Below are positions 12,366 through 25,269 of a DNA stretch of 64,000 nucleotides, piece after piece; position 1 is the first letter of the stretch, and each line of letters begins with the position of its first letter. Source of the DNA: Moniliella sp. 'wahieum'. Lineage: Eukaryota. The notes below the pieces were generated by a model, which did not search any database, was not told where the DNA came from, and was given only the letters and a program-made list of their open reading frames with translations. A program made the translations under genes and the position numbers. The stretch lies in assembly GCA_003971905.1 (NCBI GenBank), contig RSEE01000029.1, positions 124,001 to 188,000 on the forward strand. Reading direction: 5' to 3'.

Positions 12366-15300
12366 ATGAGTGCACAGCGACCCGCCAGCCCTTCTTTTTC
12401 CGTCCACTCCTCGCGCCACGTCGTCTCGGCCTCGGGCAGCGTCCCCGCCTCCGCCTTGCCTGCCGCATCCTCGCCCGACGCGCAAGCCAGCGCTGGGTCC
12501 TATCCCAGCGCTGCCGCTCACGACGCTCCAACCTTCCGTCACCGTGATCTCCGTCGTTCTCTCGACCTTCACCGTGCGCAGTCCTCCAAGCTCTACATGG
12601 AGGGTTACCTCAGCCGCCGCGATGACGCCGCCGCTGATGGCCGCCCCCTGCGCGCCAACGACCCCCGCAAGAGCTGGACGCTATGCTTCGTCCAACTTAC
12701 CGGCACCGTGCTCGCCGTGTGGTCCGTACGGGCTCTTGAGCATGCTACCAAGGTTGGGACGACCGTAGCACCCTCCTACATCAACATCACCGACGCTTTC
12801 GTCGACTGTTGGCACCCTTACCGAGGATCCCAAGCAGGTCCCCAACAGCAAGGTGCAATACGAAATGTGTTTGCTCTCAACACGGCCGGAGCCAACCGGT
12901 CGTACTACTGTGTCGAGGGGCCTGTTGGCCGCCGTCTCATCCAAGCATGGGTTAACGCCATTCGTTTGGCCTCCTGGGAGCGTATGCGCCTTGAGGAGAT
13001 GTACACAGGCTCTCTCATCCGCCCCTCCTTGCTGCGCCCATGGCCACAGCTGCATCAGGTGCAAATGGCCTTCAACGCCGTGATTCGCGTCTAGGTTGGT
13101 CACGTCATCTGGGACCCGAACTACCAGGCAGACCTCGCCTTGAGTCCCGCTTCCAACTTCCGGATGATTCTGACAACGCACCCCCGTCTCCTGGTGATTC
13201 AACTGACTATGACCAACGTGCGCTGCGCACTCCTCTTGTCAAGGGCCGTCTGGAAGGCCCAGTCAGGGCACGATTCATGGGATCGACGGAATGGCGCAAC
13301 TCCTGGCTCGTTCTTGCCGACTCGCCTCAAAATGCTGTGCCAGAACAAAACACTAAGTCCAAGTTTTGGAAGATTGGCTCAACGGGAAGTCGAGGAAGTA
13401 TTTTGTCTCTCACTGGCCACCATGGAACTGCGGCCCCAGGTTCTGACTTTGGCCCCACGGCCGGTGGGGCGGGTGCCGCGGATCCATTTGCTCAGATCGC
13501 ACCGCCGGCCGGGATGACTCCGACGCGCGGGGTAGCTTACTTTTACGAGTCAAAAAAGCATTCCATGCAGGTGCAGCACCATTTGCAACGGTTGTCTATG
13601 TGGCCCATGTGTATGCTGTATACCCGTCCCGGCCAGAGCTGGTGGCGAGCTCAGCTGTTCAAGCTGGAAGGAGTCCTCGCTCAGCCGCCTGATGGCCGCC
13701 CTGTCCTTTCGGCCTCGGGAACCCCGCGAATCTGGTTGGGTGATGCTCATGCCTCAGTCCGAAGTCCAAGGAATGACACCCATCAAGGAGATGACCAAGT
13801 GGCTGATAGGTGCGTTACAACCTCGCATTAAATGTGTGTCTACTAACTCTTCTTCCTCTCTTCCTTCAGGCTTTGTCGACGCTTTCCACCTCTACGGCCG
13901 CCCGGCGGCCTTAGACTTTGACCCGCGTAATCCCGTGTCCGCCTTCTTTGCCTACCCCATTGGCCAGTATAAGGATCGGCTCTTCCTCGACCGTGAACTA
14001 GCCGAGTACCTCAAGATCATGGAGGAGTCCCACCTTGTCCACCGCACTACTCTGCATTCCATCATGGCAATGAGGATGCATGGACAAGACACGCCGCTGA
14101 TGCGAGAGTTGCCGCAACCGAACAAGTCAGCCACGGCCGTGCTCAATGCAGGACAGGGCATGGTCCGAACTGGCTTCTTTGCTGGCTCAGCTGCCGCGGC
14201 CGCTGCAGCAACGCGCCGCTGCCGAGCAGATGCAGCATCAAGCCCAGGTCGAGGCCGAAGCACAAGCCCAGGCTGATGCCCAGACCCAAGCCAATGCCGA
14301 GGCTCAAGCCCGTTTCCAGGCCGAGGCCCAAGCTCAAGCCCATGCGCAAGCACAGGCTGAGCTCGAGGCTCAGGCCCAAGCGCAAGCGCAAGCGGCTCAA
14401 TCTCAATTCCAAGGCCAGAACCTGCACTACCCTGGACCCAACAGCCTGACTCTGTGACCAATGGTCAATTTTCGCCCGTTGCGACGAGGGACTTCAATTC
14501 CTCTGAGCTCCCCAGCTTACTTCGGACTTTGGTTCGCTCGAGCTGGGCGGTCCTGCACATCAAGTTGCCTCGGGGCCTCCTGCTGCACCCTGGTCTCCGC
14601 ACCAAGGCGCAAATGCTGAAGGATATACATCGCCTTCCCCACACCTGCGTAGGCTTTGCTGAAGGGGGTCAAACTTTATCTCACCTACGCACCCCCGATA
14701 TCCCTCAAGAGCAGCAGACATCCAACTCCGCTTCCCTGCTGCAGAGTCCGCATGCACACCAGCAGCCGGCATCTACCGCTGCTTCCACTGCTTCCACCTC
14801 TCGTGGACTGTCCTTGCACACTGTCCCCGACGCGGGAGCGCAGCGCTACTCCGATCTTGCAAAGGCCGCTTCTCCCTTGGAGCAGCGGCAGCAACAATTC
14901 TTGCCAACCCCCAGATGCCCCGTGGTCAGGAGAGTGATTCCCGCCCCCTCTCTCCTTCTCCCGGAGGCTTTGAAGGTGTGGGCCAAGCTTTGCTGGGTCC
15001 AGACAATGCGGACGTGTCGAGTGACTACCGCCCTGGATCAGGGCTATCACCTCACCCGCTGTCTTCTGGCTTCAATCGTGACCCATCCTCATTGAGCGAT
15101 GCCCATTCACCTGCATCAACTGCGTTTCGCCCCAAGTTGCCACACAGCCTCCTGGCTTTGGTCCCTCGGGACGAGGTGCCGAGGCCGACACTGCGCCAGC
15201 CAATGTCCCGATGGGACCGCACCAAGTGGGGAACCGGCATTACCGGTGGAGAACAGCTCTCGTGCGATTCCAGAGCATGATTTGGGCGACTTGACGAAGA

Positions 15301-17285
15301 CATCCTCTCATATATGAGGGCCATTCCTGATCAGGCTCCTTCACTCGAAGAGCCCCATCAGGTGGAGTCTGTGCCCCCCCTCCGAGTGCCTTCCAAGCCC
15401 TCATTGGGGAGGAGGCCAGATCGACCTCCGCCCTTCCTCCCTCCCACCTCCTGGATCCGGCATCATCTGTGTCGCACACGCTCCGTTGAACACGACAAAC
15501 GGTACGAACGGTATTGCCGACGATGTATTGGCTGCCGCCAACTTTTTAGACCGCCCCCCTTCGCCACCTATCGGCACGGTTACTGGCTCTCATCTCTCAC
15601 CACCCCAAACTGGGTCTTTCGCGGATCAGTTCTGATGCCTCGATGAAGGATCACAGGACACGACCCGCTCTCCTTCGCAGAGGCTCAAACCCCCATGGTG
15701 CCTGACAGACGTCCACGACATTCCAGTTGCCCTCCAAGGCGGGTGCGTTCCCTTCGTCGTTCAAGTCGAACAAGCGGGCGCAGGAGCGCAAGAATGCCGC
15801 TGCACAACAAGCGGAGGCGCACCATGCTGCACTCCAAGCCCCTGGTAGAGGACGGGTAAGCGCATACATCTTTTGCTGCGCGCCCACGTGCCTCGGACCC
15901 TTGGGGATCGGACTCGTCCGAAGAGGAGGAGGGAGAAGAAGAAGAAGAAGACGAGGATGAGGATGAGGAAGAAGAGGAAAATCCGGCTGCTCATGCAATG
16001 CCCCATCCCTCCCAACAGGACTATTCGTCTAACCCAACGTCAGGCCAGGCGACGCCCAACATGGGCTGGGGGCCAGACGCCGCGCAGCAGGGCTATCCTG
16101 TAGCGCCGGAGGTGTATGGAGTTCCGCAACCCCCTTATGCGTACAACGGTAGTGGTCGAGGATCTCCTTATGCGCGTTCGCAGTCGGCCTCGCCCGGGTT
16201 TGGGTTGGGTGCTGGTGCCGGACCCTCGACGCGGCAGCTGCAGCAGCAAGCAGCAGGCCACCATGCTGCTCATACTGATCCTCGCAAGAGCATGTTCAAT
16301 ACCCTGCTCAGTGCCCCCCACACTGATCCCCAGGCTATCACTGAAGCATCGTCGGCAGCGGAAGCGGGGCCACATGGTCTATGGTCGGCAAAGCCGCCTC
16401 CTCCCGGCCCCACGGGCTCGGCCAAGCCCAACACGTTTGTGGACTTGGGAGATGATGCACCGGGAGCATGACTGCATTGTTCCAGCCCCATGGATTATTG
16501 CAGGCTGGTGCGGCGGAGAAGGCGGAGCGCTCGGCCAAAGCGCAAGAGGCTGAAGCGAGAAAGGAAGGTACGGCCTTGGTCACCGTGCCCAACCAGCCGC
16601 CTCCGCCGGCGGCAGGGCTGCTGGGTGCCATTTCCGCCCATGAGCGTGAACGAAAAGCGGCAGGAGGCCTTGGTGCAACCCTGACTGAACGGGAACGGGA
16701 ACGGATTGCGATGGAGAAGCGTCACCGGAAAGAGGATGAGGAGAACCGCGCTGCGGGGCTCATGACTCCTGGTCAATGGGGCGGCATGCAGGGCGGGATG
16801 ATGCCGCCAATGATGGGGTACATGCCGAACCCCTACATGATGTGGCCTGGGATGATGCCCGGGATGATGCCTCCAGGCGCACCTGGCTCGGCGCTCGGTG
16901 GGCCGGTGGCGCCGCGACACCCAACCAACAGCAGATGTACATGATGCAGATGCAGCAAATGCAACAAATGCAGGCCATGCAAGCGGCCCAAATGGCATAC
17001 GCCCAAGCTATGTCCCAGGCCCCCTCGCAAGCTGGAGGAGCTGGACCCGGCTCGGCCGCGCCTGGCATGTCAGGCATGATGCCTGGAAATATGCCTGGCG
17101 GCATGGGCATGATGGGCGGTCACTCGGGAGCGGCCACCCCGGCTGGCTACAACCCTTACATGTCGATGCCTGGCATGTTCAACCCAATGGGAGGGTACAT
17201 GTCGCCAGCGGGATCTGACATGGGCGGGTCCATACCTCGCCCGCGCGCTGGCAGTGGAGCGCGCCATTCACCGCTGCGACGCTAA
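12366..17285 (+). CDS. Caf120/Skg3-like PH-domain protein with QA-rich and Met/Gly/Pro-rich low-complexity regions
   Basis: KLYMEGYL...DGRP...[16 protein letters not shown]...PSYINITDA...LNTAGANR...[65 protein letters not shown]; intron ~13810-13869; multiple frameshifts. Confidence 0.8.
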
Positions 17286-17779
17286 GCATTCTTCCGCCGT
17301 CTTCTCTCCTGCTGCTCCCGTTTACCCCCTCCTTTATCCCCTTCCCCCTGGACCATCAACGCCACGGCCAGTCGGGCCCTTCGTGGAGCCTGACAGCTTG
17401 TCTTGATACCTCGTCTCTTCTCTGTCTCGATCACTTTGGGCTTGATCCTTCTTTTGTTCCCCTTTCCAACTTGGACCAACTTTTCCTTTTACCCATCTCT
17501 TTTCCCACCGCCCACCTTTCCCTCCTAGATCCAGCTTTAGGAGACAACCTCGAGGTGATCCACTGTCATTTTTTCCCATCCTCCCTACTCTGCTCGTCAT
17601 GGTCTTTTAGATTTCCTCCAATCGCGATCAACGATCTTATGGTGCAAATCCAGGTGTGTTTCGGTCTTTTACTTCGTATAGTTGCGTTCCCACTGTCCAT
17701 CCTGTCTCTGTCTCTCCTGTTCCTGCCAAAAAGCTTTGCGAATGATATGGATTTGGTACGGTGCCGATCGAGGCTTTGT

Positions 17780-18281
17780 GACTAGTGACTCCCCTTCCCC
17801 TTTCGAGGCAGGGGCGAAGGGCGCCACTGATGCCAGGGGGCGCGGTTCTCTCCGCTGTCTTGAGTAGAAGCCATCATGCATATGTTGTTGTCGATAACCT
17901 GGGAGAGGCGGGTGTTGGCCCACGGCGCTGCTCGCGTTTTCCGTGACGCTGGCAAAGGCCAAGTCGAAGAGCCATCTCGAGGAAGCATCGAAGAGTGTTA
18001 CAGCAGGAAAACAGCATGTTGAGACGACGCCATACTTCCACCACACCTCGAAAATCGAGGCTGTACAGATAACTAAGGTGACAGCACAAATGATGATCTG
18101 GGAGGACACGGACGTATGTCTTGGAGACTGCCATCATGACCCCCTGGTCCCCTTGAATGCATAAGAAGGAGTTACGGGGTTGGGGTAGCGAGGTACGTGA
18201 ATATATGGCAAGCACGCCCGCAAAAGGCTGCATCCCACTATACGGGGTCCGATTTACAGCACATAGTCGGTACAAGTACAT
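17780..18281 (-). CDS. Hypothetical small membrane protein
   Basis: Hydrophobic segments (QPFAGVLAIYS; IIICAVTLVICTASIFEVWW) in overlapping minus frames with a possible intron; no family recognised. Confidence 0.3.
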
Positions 18282-18494
18282 GGGTGGCGGTCGTGGGGGA
18301 GCTGGAGGGACAGGAACAGGAAAAATGTTGAGGTGCTGCCACTGGCGAAGGGGTGGCTGCTGAAGGCAATAAGGCCGATAGGGGGGAGTACCGAGCTGAG
18401 AAAAAAAGTCCTCAAGTGGATAGAAACTGGATGGCGGAACATGCAAGGTATAGCCAGCGTCAAACGCCCGTCGAGAGAACTCACATCCTCCCAG

Positions 18495-19437
18495 TTAGCC
18501 AAACCACTTGTAGATGTAATCTGTCGGAAGTCATGGAGGGATGGTTAGTATAGAGGCCTCGTCATCGAGAAGAGCTGGACTGACAAAACGATACAAGGGT
18601 AAAGACAGCCCCGGCAAAGAAGATGACATTATCTTGGATGCTCCTCCGTTCCACATAACCAATCACCTTGCGTGATAGACCCAGTGTGTTGGCTGCATCG
18701 AGGAGACGCCTGCGAGTGCCCTTGAGAATATGCCGTTGTTCCGTCAAATTCTCCCAGACCTCCCGGCCCTGGGAAATGAAGGCATCCAGCTGAGCTTCAG
18801 TCTGCTCAATGAAGCTGTGTTCTCGCAGTGCATGCGTCTCGCGCGCTGACCCATTCCCAAACATGGCTGCCGCCGACGCGTTCATCTTGTATGCGGCGCG
18901 GGGGTCATGTCCGGCGGCGTAGGAACCGTACCCGCCATAGCCCACATAGCTGCTCCCAGGCGAGTAGCCCCCATATCCTCCGTACCCATATGGAGACGAT
19001 GTGCCTGCAACCTGCGGTCCGGGTGAGGCTTGGTGTGGGGAAGGCACAGGCGAGGGCGTTCCTAGCCCAGCTCCGAGCGTCGAAAGCCCACGAGCATGGA
19101 GCGCGTTCGCCGCGGGGGCGGCCACGCCAACCCCCGTGGCACTCACAGAGGTATAGGATGGGCCTACCGAGGCTGCTTCTGCCACAGCGGCGGATACGCG
19201 CATGCGGAGCTCTTCTTCTTCACGGCGGAAATCCTTGAGACGCGAGAGAGCCTTCTGCTGCTTGGAGAAGACGAGCTCGCGCTTGGCCAGGCGCTCATAT
19301 TCGTCCAGGGTAGCGCTCAGCACATCGAAGCGGGCGTCGAGGTCGGGCGGGGCTGGGGCTTCGCGGGACTCGAGGCGAGCAAGGTCGTTTTTGATGCTGG
19401 TCACATCGCGCAAGGCCGAGTTGTAAGCCGCATTCAT
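18495..19437 (-). CDS. BOS1: Golgi Qb-SNARE Bos1/membrin (GOSR2)
   Basis: MNAAYNSALR N-terminus, ALREHSFI...LDAFISQGREVWENLTEQRHILKGTRRRLLDAANTLGLSR..I..VERRS.QD..IFFAG; final intron GTCAGT..CTAAC..CAG adds YIYKWFG*. Confidence 0.92.
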
Positions 19438-19973
19438 CGCAGGCGATGGCGAGCACAGGCACCGGGATGGCTGTGACGGCGTGGAGCCGCGCGGATGGCA
19501 GGATCATCGATCATCGATCACCACTGAGATCATCAATCAGCGTAGCGCAAGGCTGTCACATGTCACATGTCACATGCATGTCACAGGCATCGCATGTCAC
19601 ACAGTCAGTCCGCCGCCCACCCCTGTCCCAGCCCAGTAATTAGGCGGGGGCAGGCCAGGCGGAATGGACGCACCAATTCCTCTCGCACGTGAAGCTTGAA
19701 GCCTGGGTGGAGGGCGGCGCAATGGCGGAAGCAGCCCGCGGACGGGCCACACCAGGAACCCCAAGCCGACGCACTCCCGCTACCTCGTGGGGGACGGTGG
19801 TACATTGCATCCTGCTCTACATGAGCTACCGTGGCTAGCGAATATTATTCCTGTCCTGTGGGAAGGACAGCGATCGACCCTTCGGGGAACAACGCGCCAG
19901 AGAGGGAACCTGCGCTACCGTCGCCACTCCCCAAAAGTGTGGCGTAACATACTCTCAGCACAAGTCGCACACT

Positions 19974-21185
19974 TCAGAGACCGAGCACTCGGACCGCATT
20001 GCCTGCCGCCACCGCAGCCTGTGTTTCAGCGTCAAAGGCCGGCACAGCCTGCAATGCCGCTACGTTTTCCGTCACCGAGGCCCACACATCCCCCTCGTCC
20101 AAGGGAGGGAAGAAAGGGTGGTCCGTGCCGAAAAAGAAGCGCCGGGCACCCTGCTTGACTTCGTCCGCGTAGCCCTCCAGGGTGCTCGGTCCAGCTTGGG
20201 CGCCTTGCTTGCCAGCATACCGCCCTGCCCGCCCGACAATCGCACATGCTGCCATTAACTCCTCAGGACCGTAGGCGACAGCGTCAAAGTACAGCCGACC
20301 CAAGTAAAAGCGAGGGTCGTGGGCAAGGCGTTCATGTACGACAGGGTCGTGTGCAACACAGCTAGCCAAACGTGAGGCGAGTGCAGGTAACGCTCCCCCC
20401 GAATGGGCCAATAGAAGCTTGAGATTGGCATACCGATCCAAGACGCCTGCCAGAATCAAGCGAGAGGCGGCAGCAGCCGTCTCATACGGGAATCCGAGGG
20501 CAAGAGGCAAGACGTGGCCATTGTCCTGCTCGCCCCATAGACCGTCGGGGGCGGTTGCCCCCGCCACGCCATAGTGAGGGTGAACAAACAAGGTCAGCCC
20601 GCCCTTTTCGGCAGCCGACCAAAGGCCTTCCAAGGCTGGATCGTCCAGACCTCGTCCGAGACCACGAGTACCAAGGATTGCGCCAACAAGCGGACCTCCA
20701 CGCGCCTTGTTGTCCGCGATCCACTCTGCCGCTTTGACTACATCGGAAGAAGAGACGCCAGGCGCAAGAGGGAGAAGGCCAAACGCCTTCACTCTCTCCT
20801 CGCCAGCGCACCACTCGACCAAGTCAGAATTGGCCTCAGACGCAGCCGTGACCGCCTCAGAGGGCGTCTCGAGCCAATCCACCCACGGATTGGCCACCGA
20901 TACGACCGACCGAAGTAGAGATACCGTGTCGGTGCATGAACTTGAGCTTTTCGGACCTGTCCCAATATTGGGGTCCTACAGGACGTCCCCCGCCGGCACC
21001 CGGTTCGTCAGCCAGGATGGCCAGCTTCTCGGCTCCGGTGGGACCGTGGATGCGGGGCACCTGGGTGCGGCGGCGGAGAAGCGCAACGAGGCGCTTGGTG
21101 TAGACATGCGTGTGCACGCTGCACGAGGAACGTCAGCGCCAGTGCACCTGTATCGGCGCACAGACGACAGGAGCGAGGAGGACAT
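19974..21185 (-). CDS. Amidohydrolase_2 family decarboxylase, uracil-5-carboxylate (iso-orotate) decarboxylase-like
   Basis: HTHVY metal-binding motif, GRPVGPQYWD, ANPWVDWL, LFVHPHYG, GHVLPLALGFPYET, LAHSGGALP, GTDHPFFPP. Confidence 0.85.
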
Positions 21186-21699
21186 ACTCGATGAGGCGGA
21201 GTGGAGCAGCCATGGTGGGCAAGAAGAAATCCCAACTTGCTTGTTGGCACTGCTTATCAGTGTCACAATAATCATCGATCAGGTACCCGGGCCGGCGCTT
21301 GGCGCGTAGCCCAAACCCTTGGCGGTGGACGAAAACTTCTCCATCGAGTCCAGAACCGTGCCAGGGTTGCGACCGGTCATGTGATGTGTGACATGTGGCG
21401 TGTGATGTGACTGTGACGGATGTGACCCAGCCCTCTGTTACAATTTCCAGTGTCGATTATCTCTTGGTCCTCGACCAGCCTTGTGCACGGAGAGCTAAAA
21501 CCGAAGTCGGTGTAAGCATGTGGGGAAGATGGGTAGAACAAAGTACTTGCAAAGAGCCAGGCAAACGAGTTATCGGTACTAGAATAGGCATGGCTACGAA
21601 GGGATCAGAGGAAGGATTGCCAGAATACCACAAAAAATGGTGGTGGTGGTGCTGGATGGGAGTATTAGTGCCTGGGTCATTCAACACAATTTTAACTCC

Positions 21700-24600
21700 A
21701 ACTGATGCATGACCTTTTCGTCGCAGTCGCAGTGGTTACCTTTCTTTCTCCGGCCTACGCGTCGGTGTTCAAGATGGCGGTTATGACAAAAGTAGTGGTG
21801 GTCAATCGGTGCTGGCGGACAGATTCATTCCCCGTGGCATTCTCGCCTGGTGGATCAACGCAGTCTTCTATAGGATGCGCACAAGGCGAAATGGAAGATA
21901 AACCAAAATGGATAGCGGCGTGAAAGGCAAGAGACATGCCAGCTTTTACTGGATTTCATGATACAGATGGAGGAAAAACAGCCCGCAAGACCGTGCAGCA
22001 GACGGGCGGGGTTAGAAGTAGCCTCTGCCCGCCGAGGGGCCAAGGCTGTGCCAATGTGGTAAACAGGTGTACTGAGCCCTGGAGACCGTCACACAGTCAG
22101 GCAGTCCTGTGCAGATCTGATCTGCGCCCAGGTAGGCTAGGGAGGGAGAGCGTGCGGGGGGTAGAATCAGCACCATGCCAGGTCCCGAACGTGGGGGTGA
22201 GCCAAAGGCGTACAAGGAAGGGTGGTGAGTGAGTAAAGACGGGGAAAGCGGGAAAAGGTCCTGAACCACTCGTCCCGAACGAGCAAAGAAAGCTTGCGCT
22301 ACAGAGACGGTGGCCATGGGGGGGGTGGGGGGGTGCCTAATTCGCCAGCTCCTCCAGGTTGTACACGTCACTGGGGTCCAGCATCAGTTCGTGATCCACG
22401 TCGTCGTCCGCCAAGTCAGGGAGCTCGGCCGTACGCTCCTGTGGGCCCGGGCTGGCATCCAGCTCAGAGTGGAATTCTTGCGCTTGCTCCAACAAATCAG
22501 AGATGGAAATGGCAGTGAAATCGCTGGGGGAGACCGGGTGGTCAGCGTGGTCAAGGAGCGACGTTTCAGGTTTGATATTATCAGGGCTAGGATAAGTAAG
22601 ATCATGAGGGCCGCGCGACGAATCCATGGGGCATGAGGCGTCCTCCCCTCCCAAACCAAGCCCAACCAGCTCAGGCACCAACATGCTGGACATTCGGCGG
22701 GGCTCACGTTCGGGGGGGGTGGTGTTGTCGTCCCGGACTGGTCGGAGCCCTGAGAAGGACTCCGACCCGGTGGTACATCAACTTGGACGGGTTGCGCAGG
22801 GAGAAAAGATTGCGGATTGGGCGGACCAGGATGTGGTTGGTTCATTGTCTCCCAGGGCACCCCGGGCGCCCCGGGGACGCCATCAAGAGCCATTGGAGGC
22901 AATCTCCGTGCGAGATAGGCAACCATGTTGTCGTGCATAAATTTCGAATCGTCGCCATTTGGACTTGCATCTGGATGTATGTGTCAACAAGGATCCCTTG
23001 CTCCGCAAGAGTAGCTGGGTCAACTATAGGCATGGTTGGTGGGATCGGCCTGGGCGGGTGCGGTACCTGGCTGGGAAGGGCGGGTTCGCTCGAGAAAGAG
23101 CCACGATGCAGATTGATGCCAGGATGCGAAGTTGGGGCAAATGCGAACGATTGCAGTTGGGCATTAGCCGTAGCTAACGCGTCGAGGCTGTGCCGGTATT
23201 CGTGAGTTCCAGCCTCGGGCTTGGGTTGGCCAGGGGCCAGGAGAGCCGGGTGTGTAGGTTGAGCATTTGCGAACAACGCTGTCGCAGCTGCTCGAGCATG
23301 GCTCTGGTGACTCTGCAGCTGATCATCTGAGAAGGCCGAGTGGGCAGATGGGCTGACAGAGAGGCCATGATCTGGACCGAGTGCCGTGGTGGGCATGGAT
23401 GCTCGCGAACGGGAGCTCCAAGTCGTGGTTTGGCTTCGAGACGACGTGATAGACGAGTTTGAGGACATCCGAGCCAGGCCTGGGTCGCGCTTTTGGTCGA
23501 GCCCAAAAGGGCTGTGAAGCCGAGGACCGAGAGGGGAAGGCTGGCGCCGAGTGGAGGCGCCGAATTCGCCTGCGGATAACATCTTGGACATCATTGGTTC
23601 GTCGCCAGGTAAGTGTCGGGTCGTGTCAAAGTGACTCTCCGTAGCCGAAGTCGAATTAGAGTGGGATTTGTTTTGCGTGAGGCTTTGCCATTCGAGGACC
23701 GGCGAGCAAACTTAGCGCACCTCTCGCACTTGGCAGTGTCGGTACATGACATGCAGGCTGAGATGGCGATTAGATCCAAGGTCAGTACACTTATGATAAG
23801 CAGGGCATGCATGCTCGGAGGCAGAGCGTACCCTTGTGTTTGCGCAGCTTCTCCGCTGCCTGGCTGCCTTCAGGCAACTGGTCCTTGTGCAAGCGTGCGT
23901 GCCGCACAAGGGAATCATGTCGGCTGAATGTTTTATCACAGCATGGGCACTCAAAGGGGCGGTAATCGACGGCGGTATTCATGGCGCTGAAGGTGAAGGA
24001 GGCGTGCAAAAGAGCGGTTGCATTCTTTACACACAAATTGACGGCCAACCGCGCCGGCGCCGGGGCCGGAACTAGCACCCGACGCTGGGGGCAAGGAATA
24101 GTCGCTGCCTGGCCCTGAGATGTGTTGACGCTGGCGCCAGCTAGGCTGGCACGGCGGCGCGTGATGCAGACGAGCCACGACGGGCAGCAGAGCCGACGAC
24201 AGAGGAGCGGCGGGGACTGCCATCATGGGGTTGGAACACGGCAGCGGCCGAATCAGCGGGCGAGGCCAGAAGATGGGATGGTATCTGGGTAGCATCCAAC
24301 GTTCCGAGCGGGAAGGAGCGGCTGGCGAGACGGGCGAGACGGGCAGGTCGGGAGCCATGAGAGTGTCCATGGCGGGCAGCAGCGACAGACGAGGCAGGGG
24401 GGGCGGTGGTGAGGAGAAGGACAGGGCCGAGGGAAGAAGGAGCAGCGGCGGCTGGTGCGGGCTGAGCGACAGCGCTTCGGCTGAATCCTGCGTGGCTGAC
24501 AACGGCCGTCCAAGTGAAAGTCCCTGGTGTTGTAGCATGAGGCCTCCGTAGGGCTGCTGCGACTGGACGGGCATACTCCAAACGCCGCCCGGCTGAAACG

Positions 24601-24745
24601 CAGCGGACACTCGCCTGGCGCCCAGCGGCAATAGCGCTGGCCGACGCCCTTCTTGCGCGCATGCAACCTCCACAGAACGACCATCGATCAGACTGCTGTT
24701 CGCCCTAAGCGCAAGCCATGGATGGGCATCATCCATCGTGCACAT
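21700..24745 (-). CDS. C2H2 zinc-finger transcription factor
   Basis: Two fingers, FVCKECNRSFARLLHLQRH and RPFECPCCDKTFSRHDSLVRHARLH (~23890-24040), followed by Pro/Ser-rich and acidic regions; both ends uncertain. Confidence 0.85.
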
Positions 24746-25269
24746 GCGCCATTAGTACGCATTACTCATGTCCTCAGTACTCGGTCTCCGTACCCAGTAC
24801 ATTCACCATTGCACACTGGGCACACGGCCAGTCACCGGTCACCGCACCGCTCACTGGTCACTGGTGAGGCTCACCGGCAACCCCACACAGCGCACAGGAA
24901 CCGGCCGAACCAGTAACCCACCGGTGGTGTCACCGACTGCCATTCGTCAGCACGCTGATCGCCCGACCACCTTCTTCTCCCTCCAGTCCGCGGGACCACC
25001 GGCCACCCTGGCCCACCCCGCCTTCGCTGGCAGAAGATTCTGTCTCACACACATCCCGTCCCACGCCCCCCATTCGCCCCTGGAACAGCACGCCAGCCTC
25101 GCGGACAAAGTGTGGACACTCTGTTGTGCCGGGCGCCGTCGCGGCGCTTTCAGCATATATAGTGCAAATGCATGATGTATGAAGCAAATGACGCATGATG
25201 TTGCTGCCTGCGATCCCGTGCCTATCGCGCGCTACCCCTGCCGTTTTGGCTGTCGCCTTTTGGGCCGTC

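Noticed and set aside
11240..12547. Numerous overlapping long ORFs on both strands suggesting overlapping genes
   Set aside because: Expected shadow ORFs in very GC-rich sequence; no domain signatures.
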